Source of the DNA: Geotalea uraniireducens Rf4
GTDB lineage: Bacteria; Desulfobacterota; Desulfuromonadia; Geobacterales; Geobacteraceae
DNA length: 32,000 nucleotides
Direction: 5' to 3'
Assembly: GCF_000016745.1 (NCBI RefSeq)
Contig: NC_009483.1
Coordinates: 720,001 to 752,000, forward strand
A program made the translations under genes and the position numbers. Each line of letters starts with the position of its first letter. Positions within the stretch are counted from its first letter, which is position 1. This document shows positions 7,560 through 15,895 of this stretch, one piece after another. The notes below the pieces were generated by a model. It saw nothing but the letters and a program-made list of their open reading frames with translations. It was not told the origin of the DNA and ran no database searches.

Positions 7560-8639
7560 GTGAGTTATTACGGATGGGCACCATATGTGCCGGTGGCCGA
7601 GCGTCGGGCAAAGGCGCAGAAGCAGCTTGAAAAAATGAAAAAGAAGGGGCTCAACGTGCAGCCGGTACTTTTGTCCGGCCGCAAGATCGCCGATTCCTTC
7701 TGGGGCAAGGGGTGGTGCGACCATATGGAGTCCTTCAGCGATTATGCCAACCGCCTCCCCCGTGGCCGCAGCTATGTCAGAAACGGTTCGGTCTGTCATC
7801 TGGAGATCCAGAGCGGCCATATCAAAGCCATTGTCAGCGGATCGTCGCTATACAACGTTTCCATCACCATAACCCCGCTTGTGAAAAAAAAATGGGATGC
7901 CGTCAGATCGGCCTGCAGCGGAAGGATCGGGTCGCTGATCGATCTCTTGCGCGGAAGGCTGGACCGTGGGGTCATGGAGGTTGTTTCGGATCGCAGGGAA
8001 GGGCTTTTCCCGCTGCCCGGCGAGATGAAATTCGACTGCGACTGTCCGGACTGGGCCGGCATGTGCAAGCATGTGGCGGCAGTGCTCTACGGCGTGGGCG
8101 CCCGACTCGACCACTCCCCGGAGATGCTGTTCCAACTGCGCGGGGTGAATCACGAAGAGCTGGTTGATGTCTCCACGGCGGTTACGGATGCGGCCAAAGC
8201 CGGAACGTCCCGCCGAAGGATTGCCGCGACCGGTATTGGCGATGTGTTCGGGATTGATATGGCAGAAACAGGGGAAACGGCCTCAGAAACAGCCGCCGTC
8301 ACCCCGGCAATAAAATCAAAACCGGAGAAGCTGACACCGACTTCCGCCAATAAGCTTGAAATACAATCCCCCCCGCGGCAGCCGCATACAAAAAACGTCC
8401 CGGCAAAAACAAAAGGTCACAAAAAGTCGTCCGCTGCGGCCCCTTTTCCCGATCCGCTGACCGGTGACGCCATATATGCCTGGAGATCATCACTCAATGA
8501 GACTCAGGCAGTATTTGCGTCCCGCATCGGGATAACCGCCGCCAGCATTTCGCAATGGGAAAAAAAGGGCAAAGCTGCCATCGGCATGCAGCCTCGCACT
8601 CTGCTGGAACTGGGCAAGGCCTGGAAGCTGACACGGTAG
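7560..8639 (+). CDS. SWIM zinc-finger protein (COG4279-like) fused to a C-terminal XRE-type helix-turn-helix
   Basis: The SWIM CxCxnCxH signature is FDCDCPDWAGMCKHVAAVLYG. The N-terminus WGKGWCDHMESFSDYANRLPRGRSYVRNG is typical of the family. After a low-complexity linker, the C-terminus LNETQAVFASRIGITAASISQWEKKG is an HTH_3/XRE motif. The start is GTG, 11 nt after AGGAGG. Confidence 0.88.
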   Translation: MSYYGWAPYVPVAERRAKAQKQLEKMKKKGLNVQPVLLSGRKIADSFWGKGWCDHMESFSDYANRLPRGRSYVRNGSVCHLEIQSGHIKAIVSGSSLYNVSITITPLVKKKWDAVRSACSGRIGSLIDLLRGRLDRGVMEVVSDRREGLFPLPGEMKFDCDCPDWAGMCKHVAAVLYGVGARLDHSPEMLFQLRGVNHEELVDVSTAVTDAAKAGTSRRRIAATGIGDVFGIDMAETGETASETAAVTPAIKSKPEKLTPTSANKLEIQSPPRQPHTKNVPAKTKGHKKSSAAAPFPDPLTGDAIYAWRSSLNETQAVFASRIGITAASISQWEKKGKAAIGMQPRTLLELGKAWKLTR

Positions 8640-8663
8640 TTTTTTTTATCCTACCCCACTACA

Positions 8664-8846
8664 GTGTTGTCCGGTTTGGTTTGTGCATCAAGGTTGTTAA
8701 GCCCCATTAGGGGCGTTCGAATGTAGCCGGGGGATTCATCCCACGGATGAGATGCTATATTTCCCCCGGATGACCGGGGAATGAATTCCCAGGCTACCAG
8801 TATTCTGTCCCTACGGGACGTACGCAAAAACCAAACCGGACAACGC
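8664..8846. repeat. 183-bp long imperfect palindrome with flanking direct repeat (MITE-like)
   Basis: Terminal inverted repeats are GTGTTGTCCGGTTTGGTTTGTGC (8664-8686) and GCAAAAACCAAACCGGACAACGC (8824-8846), 21/23 complementary. Inner arms also pair (GTAGCCGGGGGATTCATCCC with GGGAATGAATTCCCAGGCTAC). It is flanked by ACCCCACTAC (8653-8662) and ACCCCGCTAC (8849-8858). Confidence 0.6.
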
Positions 8847-8868
8847 TGACCCCGCTACGCAATCTTTT

Positions 8869-10593
8869 TTAATCGCAAAGCTGTACCCGCCGCCACTTTC
8901 GTACCGAATTGACCAGGAAAATTTCTTCGGCTGTTTCCAGTTCCTCCCGGCAGATCACCCGCTCCCTGATTTCCCCATTCTCCAGCAGTTCCTCCCGGAA
9001 CACCCCCGGCAGCAGACCGCAGCAGAGGGGCGGAGTGACGAGCTCTCCGCCAATGCGGGCCACGATGTTGCTGATGGTCCCTTCCGTGACCTCGCCCCGC
9101 TCGTTTATGAAGAGGACATCAGCGCAGTCGGGACGCAGCGCCGCTTCTTCGGCGTAGAGGCTCCGGCTGGTGGTCTTGTGGTAGAGAAATGGATCGGCTG
9201 AATCTGCCGTCCGTCTCGCGAAGGTGACGGTCAATTCTTTCCCTCCTGACTCCGCCCCGATGGGAGCGGCTTCACAGGCAATTTCCCCGGTCCGGGAAAG
9301 GAGCAGCCGCACCTTTTGTTTGCCGATGAGATGGGAGCCGATTTCCTCCAGTGCCTTTTCCGCCCCACCCGCTTCCAGGGTGAAGGCGAAGTAGGCCGCC
9401 GAACGCTTTAGCCTTTCCATGTGGCGCTCCAGGAGGAAATATCCCTTCCCCTCATCGAAGAGGAGCGATTCGATGAGGTGGAACTCCCGCGGCTTCTCAC
9501 GGGCGAATCGCCCCTTGGCGAGGCATTCCGCGTATTCGGCGTCCGCCTGCGAATCGAAGGTGACGCCGCTGCCGATCCCCAGCTCCCCCCGGCCGGTGGC
9601 GGCATCGATGACGATGGTCCTGATCGCCACGCTGAACTGTGCTTCGTCACCGGGGGAGACGTAACCGATGCAGCCGGTATAGACGCCGCGGGGGGAATCC
9701 TCCAGCTCGGCGATGATCTCCATGGTCCTCTTTTTCGGCGCGCCGGTGACGGAACCGCAGGGGAAGAGGGCCTGGAAAAGCCCGGTCAGGCCGACCCCGT
9801 CCTTGAGCCTCGATTGTATGGTTGAGGTCATCTGGTGCACGGTCCCGAGCGTTTCCACGTCGAACAGTGAGTTCACCCGCACGGAGCCGGTCGTGGAAAC
9901 CATCCCCATGTCGTTTCGCAACAGGTCGACGATCATCAGGTTCTCCGCACGCTCCTTGGGGCTTTCCCTGAGCTTTTGCTTCGCCTCTTCATCCTCCTGC
10001 CACCACCGACCGCGACCGGCAGTCCCCTTCATGGGGCGGGTGGTCAAGACCCCTTCCCGCAGGCTGAAAAAGAGCTCCGGTGAGGCGGAGAGGATCTGGA
10101 AACGTCCCGTGTCGATATATGCGGAATAAGGTGTGGGTTGGCAACGGCGGAGGTCTGAGTAGAAGGCGGCCGGGTCGCCGGTGAACCGGAAGTGTTGGCG
10201 CATGGTGAAGTTCACCTGGTAGGTGTGGCCGCATGCGATGAGCTCCCTGATCGAGGCGACGGCACGGGCGTGCTCCGCGCCGTCGAGCGAGGTCGTCCAG
10301 CCGGATGTTTGATAGGCTTCCGCGGGGGGAACCTCAGCAGATGGGTCAAGCGCAGAGCGTTCACTGAAGAGGCCGAACCAGAGAAGCGGGAAACCGGCCG
10401 CCGGGCGGGTGGCAAGACCCGTATCGAGCCCGGCCGCAGCCTCGTAGGAAACAAAGCCGGCCGCATGGAGCCCCCGAGCGACCGCCTCTTCCACCCGGTG
10501 CAGCGCGGGGAGCACTTCGGCCGGGGACGATGCGGTGATCTCAGCCTGGAGGCCGACAAAGGAGAACGAGTTAAAAAGCACCCGCTTTTTCAT
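8869..10593 (-). CDS. pabB: Aminodeoxychorismate synthase component I fused to aminodeoxychorismate lyase (PabB-PabC, class IV aminotransferase fold)
   Basis: The chorismate-binding domain has SPELFF and FPCGSVTGAPKKRTMEII. The C-terminal about 200 aa resembles PabC/IlvE class IV (...FLVNSVRKW). I chose the start at ATG 10593 (MKKRVLF...), immediately after the upstream gene's stop at 10596-10598. Confidence 0.9.
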   Translation of the reverse strand: MKKRVLFNSFSFVGLQAEITASSPAEVLPALHRVEEAVARGLHAAGFVSYEAAAGLDTGLATRPAAGFPLLWFGLFSERSALDPSAEVPPAEAYQTSGWTTSLDGAEHARAVASIRELIACGHTYQVNFTMRQHFRFTGDPAAFYSDLRRCQPTPYSAYIDTGRFQILSASPELFFSLREGVLTTRPMKGTAGRGRWWQEDEEAKQKLRESPKERAENLMIVDLLRNDMGMVSTTGSVRVNSLFDVETLGTVHQMTSTIQSRLKDGVGLTGLFQALFPCGSVTGAPKKRTMEIIAELEDSPRGVYTGCIGYVSPGDEAQFSVAIRTIVIDAATGRGELGIGSGVTFDSQADAEYAECLAKGRFAREKPREFHLIESLLFDEGKGYFLLERHMERLKRSAAYFAFTLEAGGAEKALEEIGSHLIGKQKVRLLLSRTGEIACEAAPIGAESGGKELTVTFARRTADSADPFLYHKTTSRSLYAEEAALRPDCADVLFINERGEVTEGTISNIVARIGGELVTPPLCCGLLPGVFREELLENGEIRERVICREELETAEEIFLVNSVRKWRRVQLCD

Positions 10594-10595
10594 GG

Positions 10596-11453
10596 TCAAG
10601 CCGCCCCGACCGAACATATTCCGGCGATGGGGCATTTCAGGCACCTAAGGCGGTCCTTGCCATCGCACCCTTCGGAGATGCCCAGGTGGCAGAGGCTGAA
10701 ATCGTACTTCACCGGATCGAGCGGGTCGAGTTTTCTTAAGGATGCGGTGATTTCCCGCGCCATCCGCCAGTCGGCCTGCCTGCGACCGGTGAGGCCGAGA
10801 AAGCGGCTGATCCGCTGGATGTGGGCATCTACCGGGATGACCAGCTTGGCGGGAGAGACGTTCCTCCACAAACCCAGGTCGATGCCGTCCGCCGGGCGGA
10901 CCATCCAGCGCAGGTACATGCAGAGTCGCTTGCAGGCGCTCCCCGAAGCAGGGGAGGGGAAGAAAAAGGGGAAATAGGAGTCTCCGGGGATGGTCCTGCA
11001 GCCGAACACCGGCGAGTAATCCATGGCCAGGATGGCGGCGGTGAATTCGATGAGGGATGGGGTGATGTCGTCGGCAGCTGCGTCGTAGCAGCCGAGGAAA
11101 TAGTCGCCGATGGAGTCGGCCTCCTCAAGCATGGACCGGCAGGCCAGGAGCAGTGCGCAGAGATCGCGGCCGTCGTTGAAGCGATGCTTGAAGCCGGCGA
11201 AAAGTTCGAGGCCGCGCGCCGGCTCGAACTCTTCGACAAACGCCCGCGGCGACGAACCGATCCTGCCGAAGATGATTTCCAGATTTTTGAGGATGATTTT
11301 CACATTGCCGTAGGCAAATGCGGCGGCGATAAAGCCGGCAATTTCCTGGTCTTCCGACCGTTGGTAGCGGTGGCAGAAGGAGAGGGGGTCGTTCGCCAGA
11401 TGAACGCTTGAGCGTGCCGCGTAGAGCTTTTCGAGAATGGGTTTCAACTGCAT
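10596..11453 (-). CDS. TIGR02757-family (DUF2400) protein
   Basis: 285-aa sequence with FAYGNVK.I, KHRF, VIPVDAHI.R.S..LGL and a C-terminal Cys cluster (CHLGISEGCDG...CLKCPIAGIC), as in TIGR02757 proteins. Confidence 0.82.
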   Translation of the reverse strand: MQLKPILEKLYAARSSVHLANDPLSFCHRYQRSEDQEIAGFIAAAFAYGNVKIILKNLEIIFGRIGSSPRAFVEEFEPARGLELFAGFKHRFNDGRDLCALLLACRSMLEEADSIGDYFLGCYDAAADDITPSLIEFTAAILAMDYSPVFGCRTIPGDSYFPFFFPSPASGSACKRLCMYLRWMVRPADGIDLGLWRNVSPAKLVIPVDAHIQRISRFLGLTGRRQADWRMAREITASLRKLDPLDPVKYDFSLCHLGISEGCDGKDRLRCLKCPIAGICSVGAA

Positions 11454-11547
11454 GGTACTTTCCCTGTTGTGCCGTCGATGGACAAAATTGTTGAGCGTGA
11501 TAGATTATCATAGAGAATTAACCGCTGGAAGCAAAAAGGGGGGACCC

Positions 11548-11919
11548 ATGAAGCTTGCTGAACTGTTTCCTGAGGAGGGACGGGGTGTCATCGCCACTGC
11601 CGATGCCGCCGGTCTCGTCAATATGGCCGCCTACGCCATCCCCCACGTCATTGATGAGGAGACCCTTGCCTGGGGGATGACCAAGGGGCGCACCTACAGC
11701 AACCTGCTGGCAAATCCCCACGCGTCGTATCTGTACATGGCTCCGTCGCGGGGGTACAACGGCTGGCGCCTGACACTGGAGCTGAAGGAAATTCACGACG
11801 ATGGCGAGCTGCTGGAGCAGATCAAGGCGAACACGGCCAAGGTCGTATCGGCTCAGGCAGGAACGGCGGTGAGGCATGTGGTGTATTTCAAGGTCGTTGA
11901 GATCCGGCCGCTTATCTGA
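11548..11919 (+). CDS. Pyridoxamine 5'-phosphate oxidase-like FMN-binding split-barrel protein
   Basis: ATG at 11548 follows AAAAGGGGGG. The 123-aa sequence (GVIATADAAGLVNMAAYA...LANPHASYLY...GWRL...) is typical of the PNPOx-like family. The upstream extension of the listed ORF overlaps the divergent gene and is implausible. Confidence 0.78.
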   Translation: MKLAELFPEEGRGVIATADAAGLVNMAAYAIPHVIDEETLAWGMTKGRTYSNLLANPHASYLYMAPSRGYNGWRLTLELKEIHDDGELLEQIKANTAKVVSAQAGTAVRHVVYFKVVEIRPLI

Positions 11920-12060
11920 GGAACGAGGAACGAGGATAAAGGATCGAGGATCGAGGATCGAGGATCGAGGATCGAGGATCGAGGATCGAGGATCGAGGAT
12001 CGAGGATCGAGGATCGAGGAGGGTTTGTCCTAGGACCTCGTTCCTCGTTCCTTGTTTTTT
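11919..12060 (+). terminator. 17-bp stem enclosing the heptamer array, followed by a T6 run (terminator-like, with an unusually large loop)
   Basis: AGGAACGAGGAACGAGG (11919-11935) pairs perfectly with CCTCGTTCCTCGTTCCT (12036-12052). TGTTTTTT follows (12053-12060). The right arm and T-run also encode the last 9 codons of dtd on the other strand. Confidence 0.4.
11921..12018. repeat. Heptanucleotide tandem array: 2x GAACGAG, 1x GATAAAG, 11x perfect GATCGAG
   Basis: Counted directly. Eleven uninterrupted GATCGAG units occupy 11942-12018, preceded by three degenerate 7-mers in the same register. Each unit carries a GATC and a TCGA site. Confidence 0.97.
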
Positions 12061-12497
12061 GGGGTCTCCAGAATAAAGGTGACCGGCCCGTCGTTAACCA
12101 GGGAAACCTTCATGTCGGCCTGAAAGATGCCGGTCTGCACCGGGATTCCCAATTCCCATGTTTTGCCGACGAAATACTCGTAGAGTTGGATCGCCTCCTC
12201 CGGCGGGGCGGCGGTATCGAAGGACGGCCGGCGCCCCTTGCTGCAGTTTCCCGCCAGGGTGAACTGGGAGACAGCGAGGAGTTCGCCCTTGATGTCCAAA
12301 AGCGACAGGTTCATCTTGCCGGCCGCATCTTCGAAGATGCGGAGATTGACGATCTTCTCCGCCAGCCAGTCGGCTTCTTTCGTCGAATCGCCCTTTTCCA
12401 CGCCGAGCAGGACGAGAATCCCCCGCTCAACAGCACCGACGGTCCTGCCGTCAACCTTCACCCCTGCTTCGCTTACCCGCTGAATAACCGCTTTCAT
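12030..12497 (-). CDS. dtd: D-aminoacyl-tRNA deacylase
   Basis: [13 protein letters not shown]...G.I..G.LVLLGV...D...+A.+LA.KI..LRIF.D..GKMN.S....GE.L.VSQFTL...KGRRPSF are classic Dtd motifs. It carries a C-terminal tail ([10 protein letters not shown]) encoded by the hairpin arm. Confidence 0.93.
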   Translation of the reverse strand: MKAVIQRVSEAGVKVDGRTVGAVERGILVLLGVEKGDSTKEADWLAEKIVNLRIFEDAAGKMNLSLLDIKGELLAVSQFTLAGNCSKGRRPSFDTAAPPEEAIQLYEYFVGKTWELGIPVQTGIFQADMKVSLVNDGPVTFILETPKNKERGTRS

Positions 12498-13012
12498 CCG
12501 AAAATCTTCCCGTAAGTTGCCTGGTAGATGGCCAGCGCTCCAGGACTGAAGGGGACGAAGATCACCCGTTCCAGTTCGGGGAATTTTTCGAGGGCAGCCT
12601 TTGCTTCAACCATGGCGATCTCGCATGCCTGGTCCATGGGGTAGCCGTAGACCCCTGCACTGATAGCGGGGAAGGCGATGGATTTCAGCTTGCTCGCGTG
12701 GGCCACTTCAAAGCAGCGGCGGTAGGCTTTCCGCAGAAGTTCCGGCTCGCCTTTGCTGCCGCCGTGCCAGACCGGGCCGACCGTATGTATGACGTGCTTT
12801 GCCGGGAGTTTGTATCCCTTGGTGATCTTGGCGTCGCCGGTTTCGCAACCGCCGAGGGTGGAGCATTCGGCGACCAGGTCGGGCCCGGCAGCCCGATGGA
12901 TGGCGCCGTCCACCCCGCCGCCGCCGAGCAGGGTGTTGTTGGCGGCGTTGACGATGGCGTCGACCGCCAGCCTGGTGATGTCTCCCTGGATGATCTCGAT
13001 TTTTCCTTTCAT
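12494..13012 (-). CDS. Macro-domain protein (O-acetyl-ADP-ribose deacetylase, YmdB-like)
   Basis: [40 protein letters not shown]...[17 protein letters not shown] is AAGGAGG. The stop overlaps the dtd start (ATGA). Confidence 0.9.
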   Translation of the reverse strand: MKGKIEIIQGDITRLAVDAIVNAANNTLLGGGGVDGAIHRAAGPDLVAECSTLGGCETGDAKITKGYKLPAKHVIHTVGPVWHGGSKGEPELLRKAYRRCFEVAHASKLKSIAFPAISAGVYGYPMDQACEIAMVEAKAALEKFPELERVIFVPFSPGALAIYQATYGKIFG

Positions 13013-13460
13013 ACACGCCTCCTTTTCGTTGTGGAGAAGTAATGGTGCTACCCCGAAGTCGCTTTCTCCGGCTACCCCTGACTGCCGGATTTATCGTAGA
13101 CAGTTTACCACCTTTCACCGTGTATAACCGTAATTGCCGGCAGCTTCAACAATTTTTTCGTCCCGCCCCCGATTGTCGGCTTTCCGGTTGTGGCAAAGAG
13201 CTTTTTCCCAGGATATCTCCGCTTATTGTGGATCTCCTGGATATCCTCATGCCCCCTGAATCACATTTCTTTTCATCGCTCAAACATTTTTCTAAAGTTT
13301 TTTTGTATACATGCGAAGTAGGTAATACCTTGCAAGCAGAAAGGGCACAAGATTAATTGCGGCCGGTGAAAAAACTGAAACATGAAACCGCTATGGAACG
13401 TTGTTAATTTGTTGGCTGACTTTCCCAAAATCGACTGGATAAATTGAGGAGGAGTTACGT

Positions 13461-15092
13461 ATGTTTTTCACAAACTTGAAAATCGGGATCAAACTGGGGT
13501 TGGCGTTCGGGTTCCTGTTGCTGATGATCGTCATGATGATCTGTTTCGGCCTCAGCAGTACGCAGAAAGTGAATGAATCGGTGAGAGAGATAGCCAAAGG
13601 CAACTACGTAAAAACCCTGTATGCCTTTCAGGCGTCAACAGCGCTTGATGATCTTGCCGGATCCATTCGCATGCTTGTTCTGCTGAAAGACGAGAACAGC
13701 ATCAGCAGGGAAAAACAGAAGCTGGAAGAGGCCAGGTCGCGCTATAAAGAAGCCATGACGAAGCTGGAGGAAATCGAAAAAACGGAAAAGGGGATGAAGC
13801 TGATCGAAACAGCTAAAAGTTTCATAGTTCCCGCTGCGCAGGTTAACAACAAAGTAATGGAACTGGCTCTTGCCCATAAACAGGACGAAGCAATAGCCCT
13901 GTTGATGAACGAGGCTGTGCCGCTTACGCAAAAGGTGAAGGACGCGTTCGATGAGCAGGTAAAGTATCAGCAGGAGAATGTGGATGCAGCCTACAAGAAA
14001 TCTGTGGCAATTTACGGCCGGGCAAAATCAGTCCAGCTCATTGCCGGGGCTGTTTCGATAATTCTCGGCCTGCTGGCGGCCGGCTTCCTGATCCATAACT
14101 TTGTCACCAGGATCAACCGCGTGGCAAATGCCATGAGCCGGGTTGCCGATGGTGATTTGTCGACACATCTGAAAATCTATGCCACCGATGAAATCGGCGA
14201 CCTGGGAAGAAGCATCAACCGGATGCTGACGTCAATTGCCGGCATGATCACTTCCATAAAAAACACGGCGACCCAGGTAGCATCTGCTGCCGGCGTGTTG
14301 TACTCAAATTCCGAACAGATCGCCACCGGTGCGGAAGAGGTGGCGGCCCAGGCCGGCACTGTCGCCACAGCCAGTGAGGAGATGGCGGCCACGTCTTCGG
14401 AAATAGCCCAGAATTGCAATCTGGCGGCGGACAGTTCCAGGCACGCCAGCAGGTTGGCTACGGAGGGGGTTTCCGTAGTTCATGAAACGGTTGCCGGAAT
14501 GAACCGTATCGCCGAAAGGGTGAAGGAATCCGCCGCGACGGTAGAGAGCCTCGGTTCCCGTTCCGACCAGATAGGGGAAATTGTAGGAACGATTGAGGAT
14601 ATTGCCGACCAGACCAACCTGCTGGCCTTGAATGCAGCCATCGAAGCCGCCAGGGCCGGTGAGCAGGGACGCGGGTTTGCCGTCGTAGCCGATGAAGTGC
14701 GCGCCCTTGCGGAACGGACGACCAAAGCGACGAAAGAGATCGGCCAGATGATAAAGGCCATCCAGACAGAGACAAAAGGCGCTGTTACATCCATGGAGGA
14801 AGGGGTAAACGAGGTTGAGCTGGGGACAAAGGATGCGGCCAAGTCTGGCAGTGCTCTGGAACATATCCTCAACCAGATAAACGAGGTGACCATGCAGATC
14901 AACCAGATAGCTACCGCAGCCGAACAGCAGACTGCAACAACTACGGAAATAACGCATAATATCCAGCAGATTACCGAGGTGGTGCAGGCAAGCACCAGCG
15001 GTTCGCATGCGTCGGCTTACTCCGCCAGCGAGCTTACCGCCCATGCCGAAGAACTCCAGCGTCTTGTCGGACAGTTCACCCTCGCCGCGTGA
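13461..15092 (+). CDS. Methyl-accepting chemotaxis protein (4HB_MCP sensor, HAMP, MA domain)
   Basis: Two TM segments flank a helical periplasmic domain. HAMP is present (...[13 protein letters not shown]...). The highly conserved signalling hairpin is [38 protein letters not shown]. Confidence 0.93.
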   Translation: MFFTNLKIGIKLGLAFGFLLLMIVMMICFGLSSTQKVNESVREIAKGNYVKTLYAFQASTALDDLAGSIRMLVLLKDENSISREKQKLEEARSRYKEAMTKLEEIEKTEKGMKLIETAKSFIVPAAQVNNKVMELALAHKQDEAIALLMNEAVPLTQKVKDAFDEQVKYQQENVDAAYKKSVAIYGRAKSVQLIAGAVSIILGLLAAGFLIHNFVTRINRVANAMSRVADGDLSTHLKIYATDEIGDLGRSINRMLTSIAGMITSIKNTATQVASAAGVLYSNSEQIATGAEEVAAQAGTVATASEEMAATSSEIAQNCNLAADSSRHASRLATEGVSVVHETVAGMNRIAERVKESAATVESLGSRSDQIGEIVGTIEDIADQTNLLALNAAIEAARAGEQGRGFAVVADEVRALAERTTKATKEIGQMIKAIQTETKGAVTSMEEGVNEVELGTKDAAKSGSALEHILNQINEVTMQINQIATAAEQQTATTTEITHNIQQITEVVQASTSGSHASAYSASELTAHAEELQRLVGQFTLAA

Positions 15093-15124
15093 GATTCGGG
15101 CGAAGCAAAAAGGGGAATTGCCGC

Positions 15125-15466
15125 TCAAGCCGCTTTCAGCATAAAATCCACATGTACGGCGTCAAACGGAAAGACGATCAGGCCTTTGTCGGTTTTCTGT
15201 AGTATTCCGGCCTTCAGAAGCGCTTGCACGTCGCCATGTACCGCCTTTACATCCCTGTTCATTCGACGGGCCGCCTCACGAATCGTCATTGGTCCTGCAC
15301 CCGTCATGACCTTGAGCAGATCCCAACGCTTGCCGGAAATCACCTTGAAAAGAAGTTCAGGTGAGTCGAAGCTGATAAACGCACCTTGTGGTTCTCCTTC
15401 GAACGCACGCAGGAACCGACGGTTGATTTTTTCGCGGGAAGATACTTCCAATGTTACGGTACGCAT
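15125..15466 (-). CDS. Winged-helix DNA-binding protein, TumA-like antitoxin partner of the upstream DUF6516 gene
   Basis: ATG at 15466 lies 1 nt after the upstream stop. The 113-aa sequence (...F.SPELLFKVISGKRWDLLKVM.GAGPMTIREAARRMNRDVKAVHGDVQALLKAGIL...) shows the pattern seen in HTH partners of DUF6516 proteins. The long listed N-terminal extension was rejected. Confidence 0.68.
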   Translation of the reverse strand: MRTVTLEVSSREKINRRFLRAFEGEPQGAFISFDSPELLFKVISGKRWDLLKVMTGAGPMTIREAARRMNRDVKAVHGDVQALLKAGILQKTDKGLIVFPFDAVHVDFMLKAA

Positions 15467-15467
15467 A

Positions 15468-15785
15468 TCAGGGCCTCCAATTGTCCACATTTTGCCAGAA
15501 ATCGTAGAGCAGTGCTTGGGGTGTGGTGAAAAAGTAAGGGATTTCTTCTTCGCCTTTATGCCTGTGATCGCCCTTGCCGGCCTCATTATCATAGCGCAGT
15601 ACACAACGACCATTGACAATGAGCGCGAGGCGATACTTGAAATCGTGGTGACTTCCGGAAAGAGGCAAAGGCAGCCGCCACACCACAATTTCCACAAAAG
15701 AAATTTCGGAGAGGCTGTGCCGTTCGTTAAGCATAAGTTTGGCGCTCATGTTGGAAAGAATAACAACACCCTCCGGTGTTGTCAA
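15468..15785 (-). CDS. DUF6516 / TumE-family putative toxin
   Basis: ...IVVWRLPLPLSGSHHDFKYRLALIVNGRCVLRYDNEAGKGDHRHKGEEEIPYFF.....LL.DFW..V..W is the hallmark YDNE.GKGDHRH core. The start could instead be Met13 at 15749. Confidence 0.68.
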   Translation of the reverse strand: MTTPEGVVILSNMSAKLMLNERHSLSEISFVEIVVWRLPLPLSGSHHDFKYRLALIVNGRCVLRYDNEAGKGDHRHKGEEEIPYFFTTPQALLYDFWQNVDNWRP

Positions 15786-15895
15786 GAATTACAACATTGG
15801 GCGAGTGATAACGCTTCTTTAGCCCCGTGAAAGAAGTCTATATCAAAACACCGGCGTCAGCGATCACTCGTAACGTTTATTTACGGACAAGCTCT

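Noticed and set aside
8715-8722. GTTCGAAT (a T-loop-like motif) suggested a tRNA or tRNA fragment in the 8640-8868 spacer.
   Set aside because: The flanking bases do not form a T-stem and no acceptor or anticodon arms can be drawn. The motif lies inside the palindromic element.
10192-10977. 261-aa plus-strand ORF spanning the pabBC/TIGR02757 junction.
   Set aside because: It is antisense to two well-supported genes. The composition is R/G/P-rich and no SD is present, so it is a shadow ORF.
11921-12018. Considered whether the regular short repeats could be a CRISPR array.
   Set aside because: The units are 7 nt long and directly abutting, with no spacers. No cas genes or leader are present. 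This is a simple tandem repeat.
11876-12076. 66-aa ORF translating to RIEDRGS repeats.
   Set aside because: It is purely the translation of the GATCGAG heptamer array. It overlaps the end of the PNPOx-like gene, and there is no evidence of a start signal.
13293-13320. TAAAGTTT upstream of the MCP gene as a sigma28 (FliA) -35 element; also TTGCAA-17-TTAATT at 13330-13358.
   Set aside because: The expected GCCGATAA -10 box is matched at only 3-4 of 8 positions at the correct spacing. The sigma70-like alternative is also weak. Neither is enough to report as a feature.
13042-13356. 104-aa ORF in the AT-rich region upstream of the MCP gene.
   Set aside because: No SD and an odd composition. It most likely covers the promoter and 5' UTR of the MCP gene and of the divergent macro-domain gene.
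14304-15128. 274-aa minus-strand ORF inside the MCP gene (also 14480-14995 and 14458-14775).
   Set aside because: It is antisense to the highly conserved MCP signalling domain. The translation is not protein-like.
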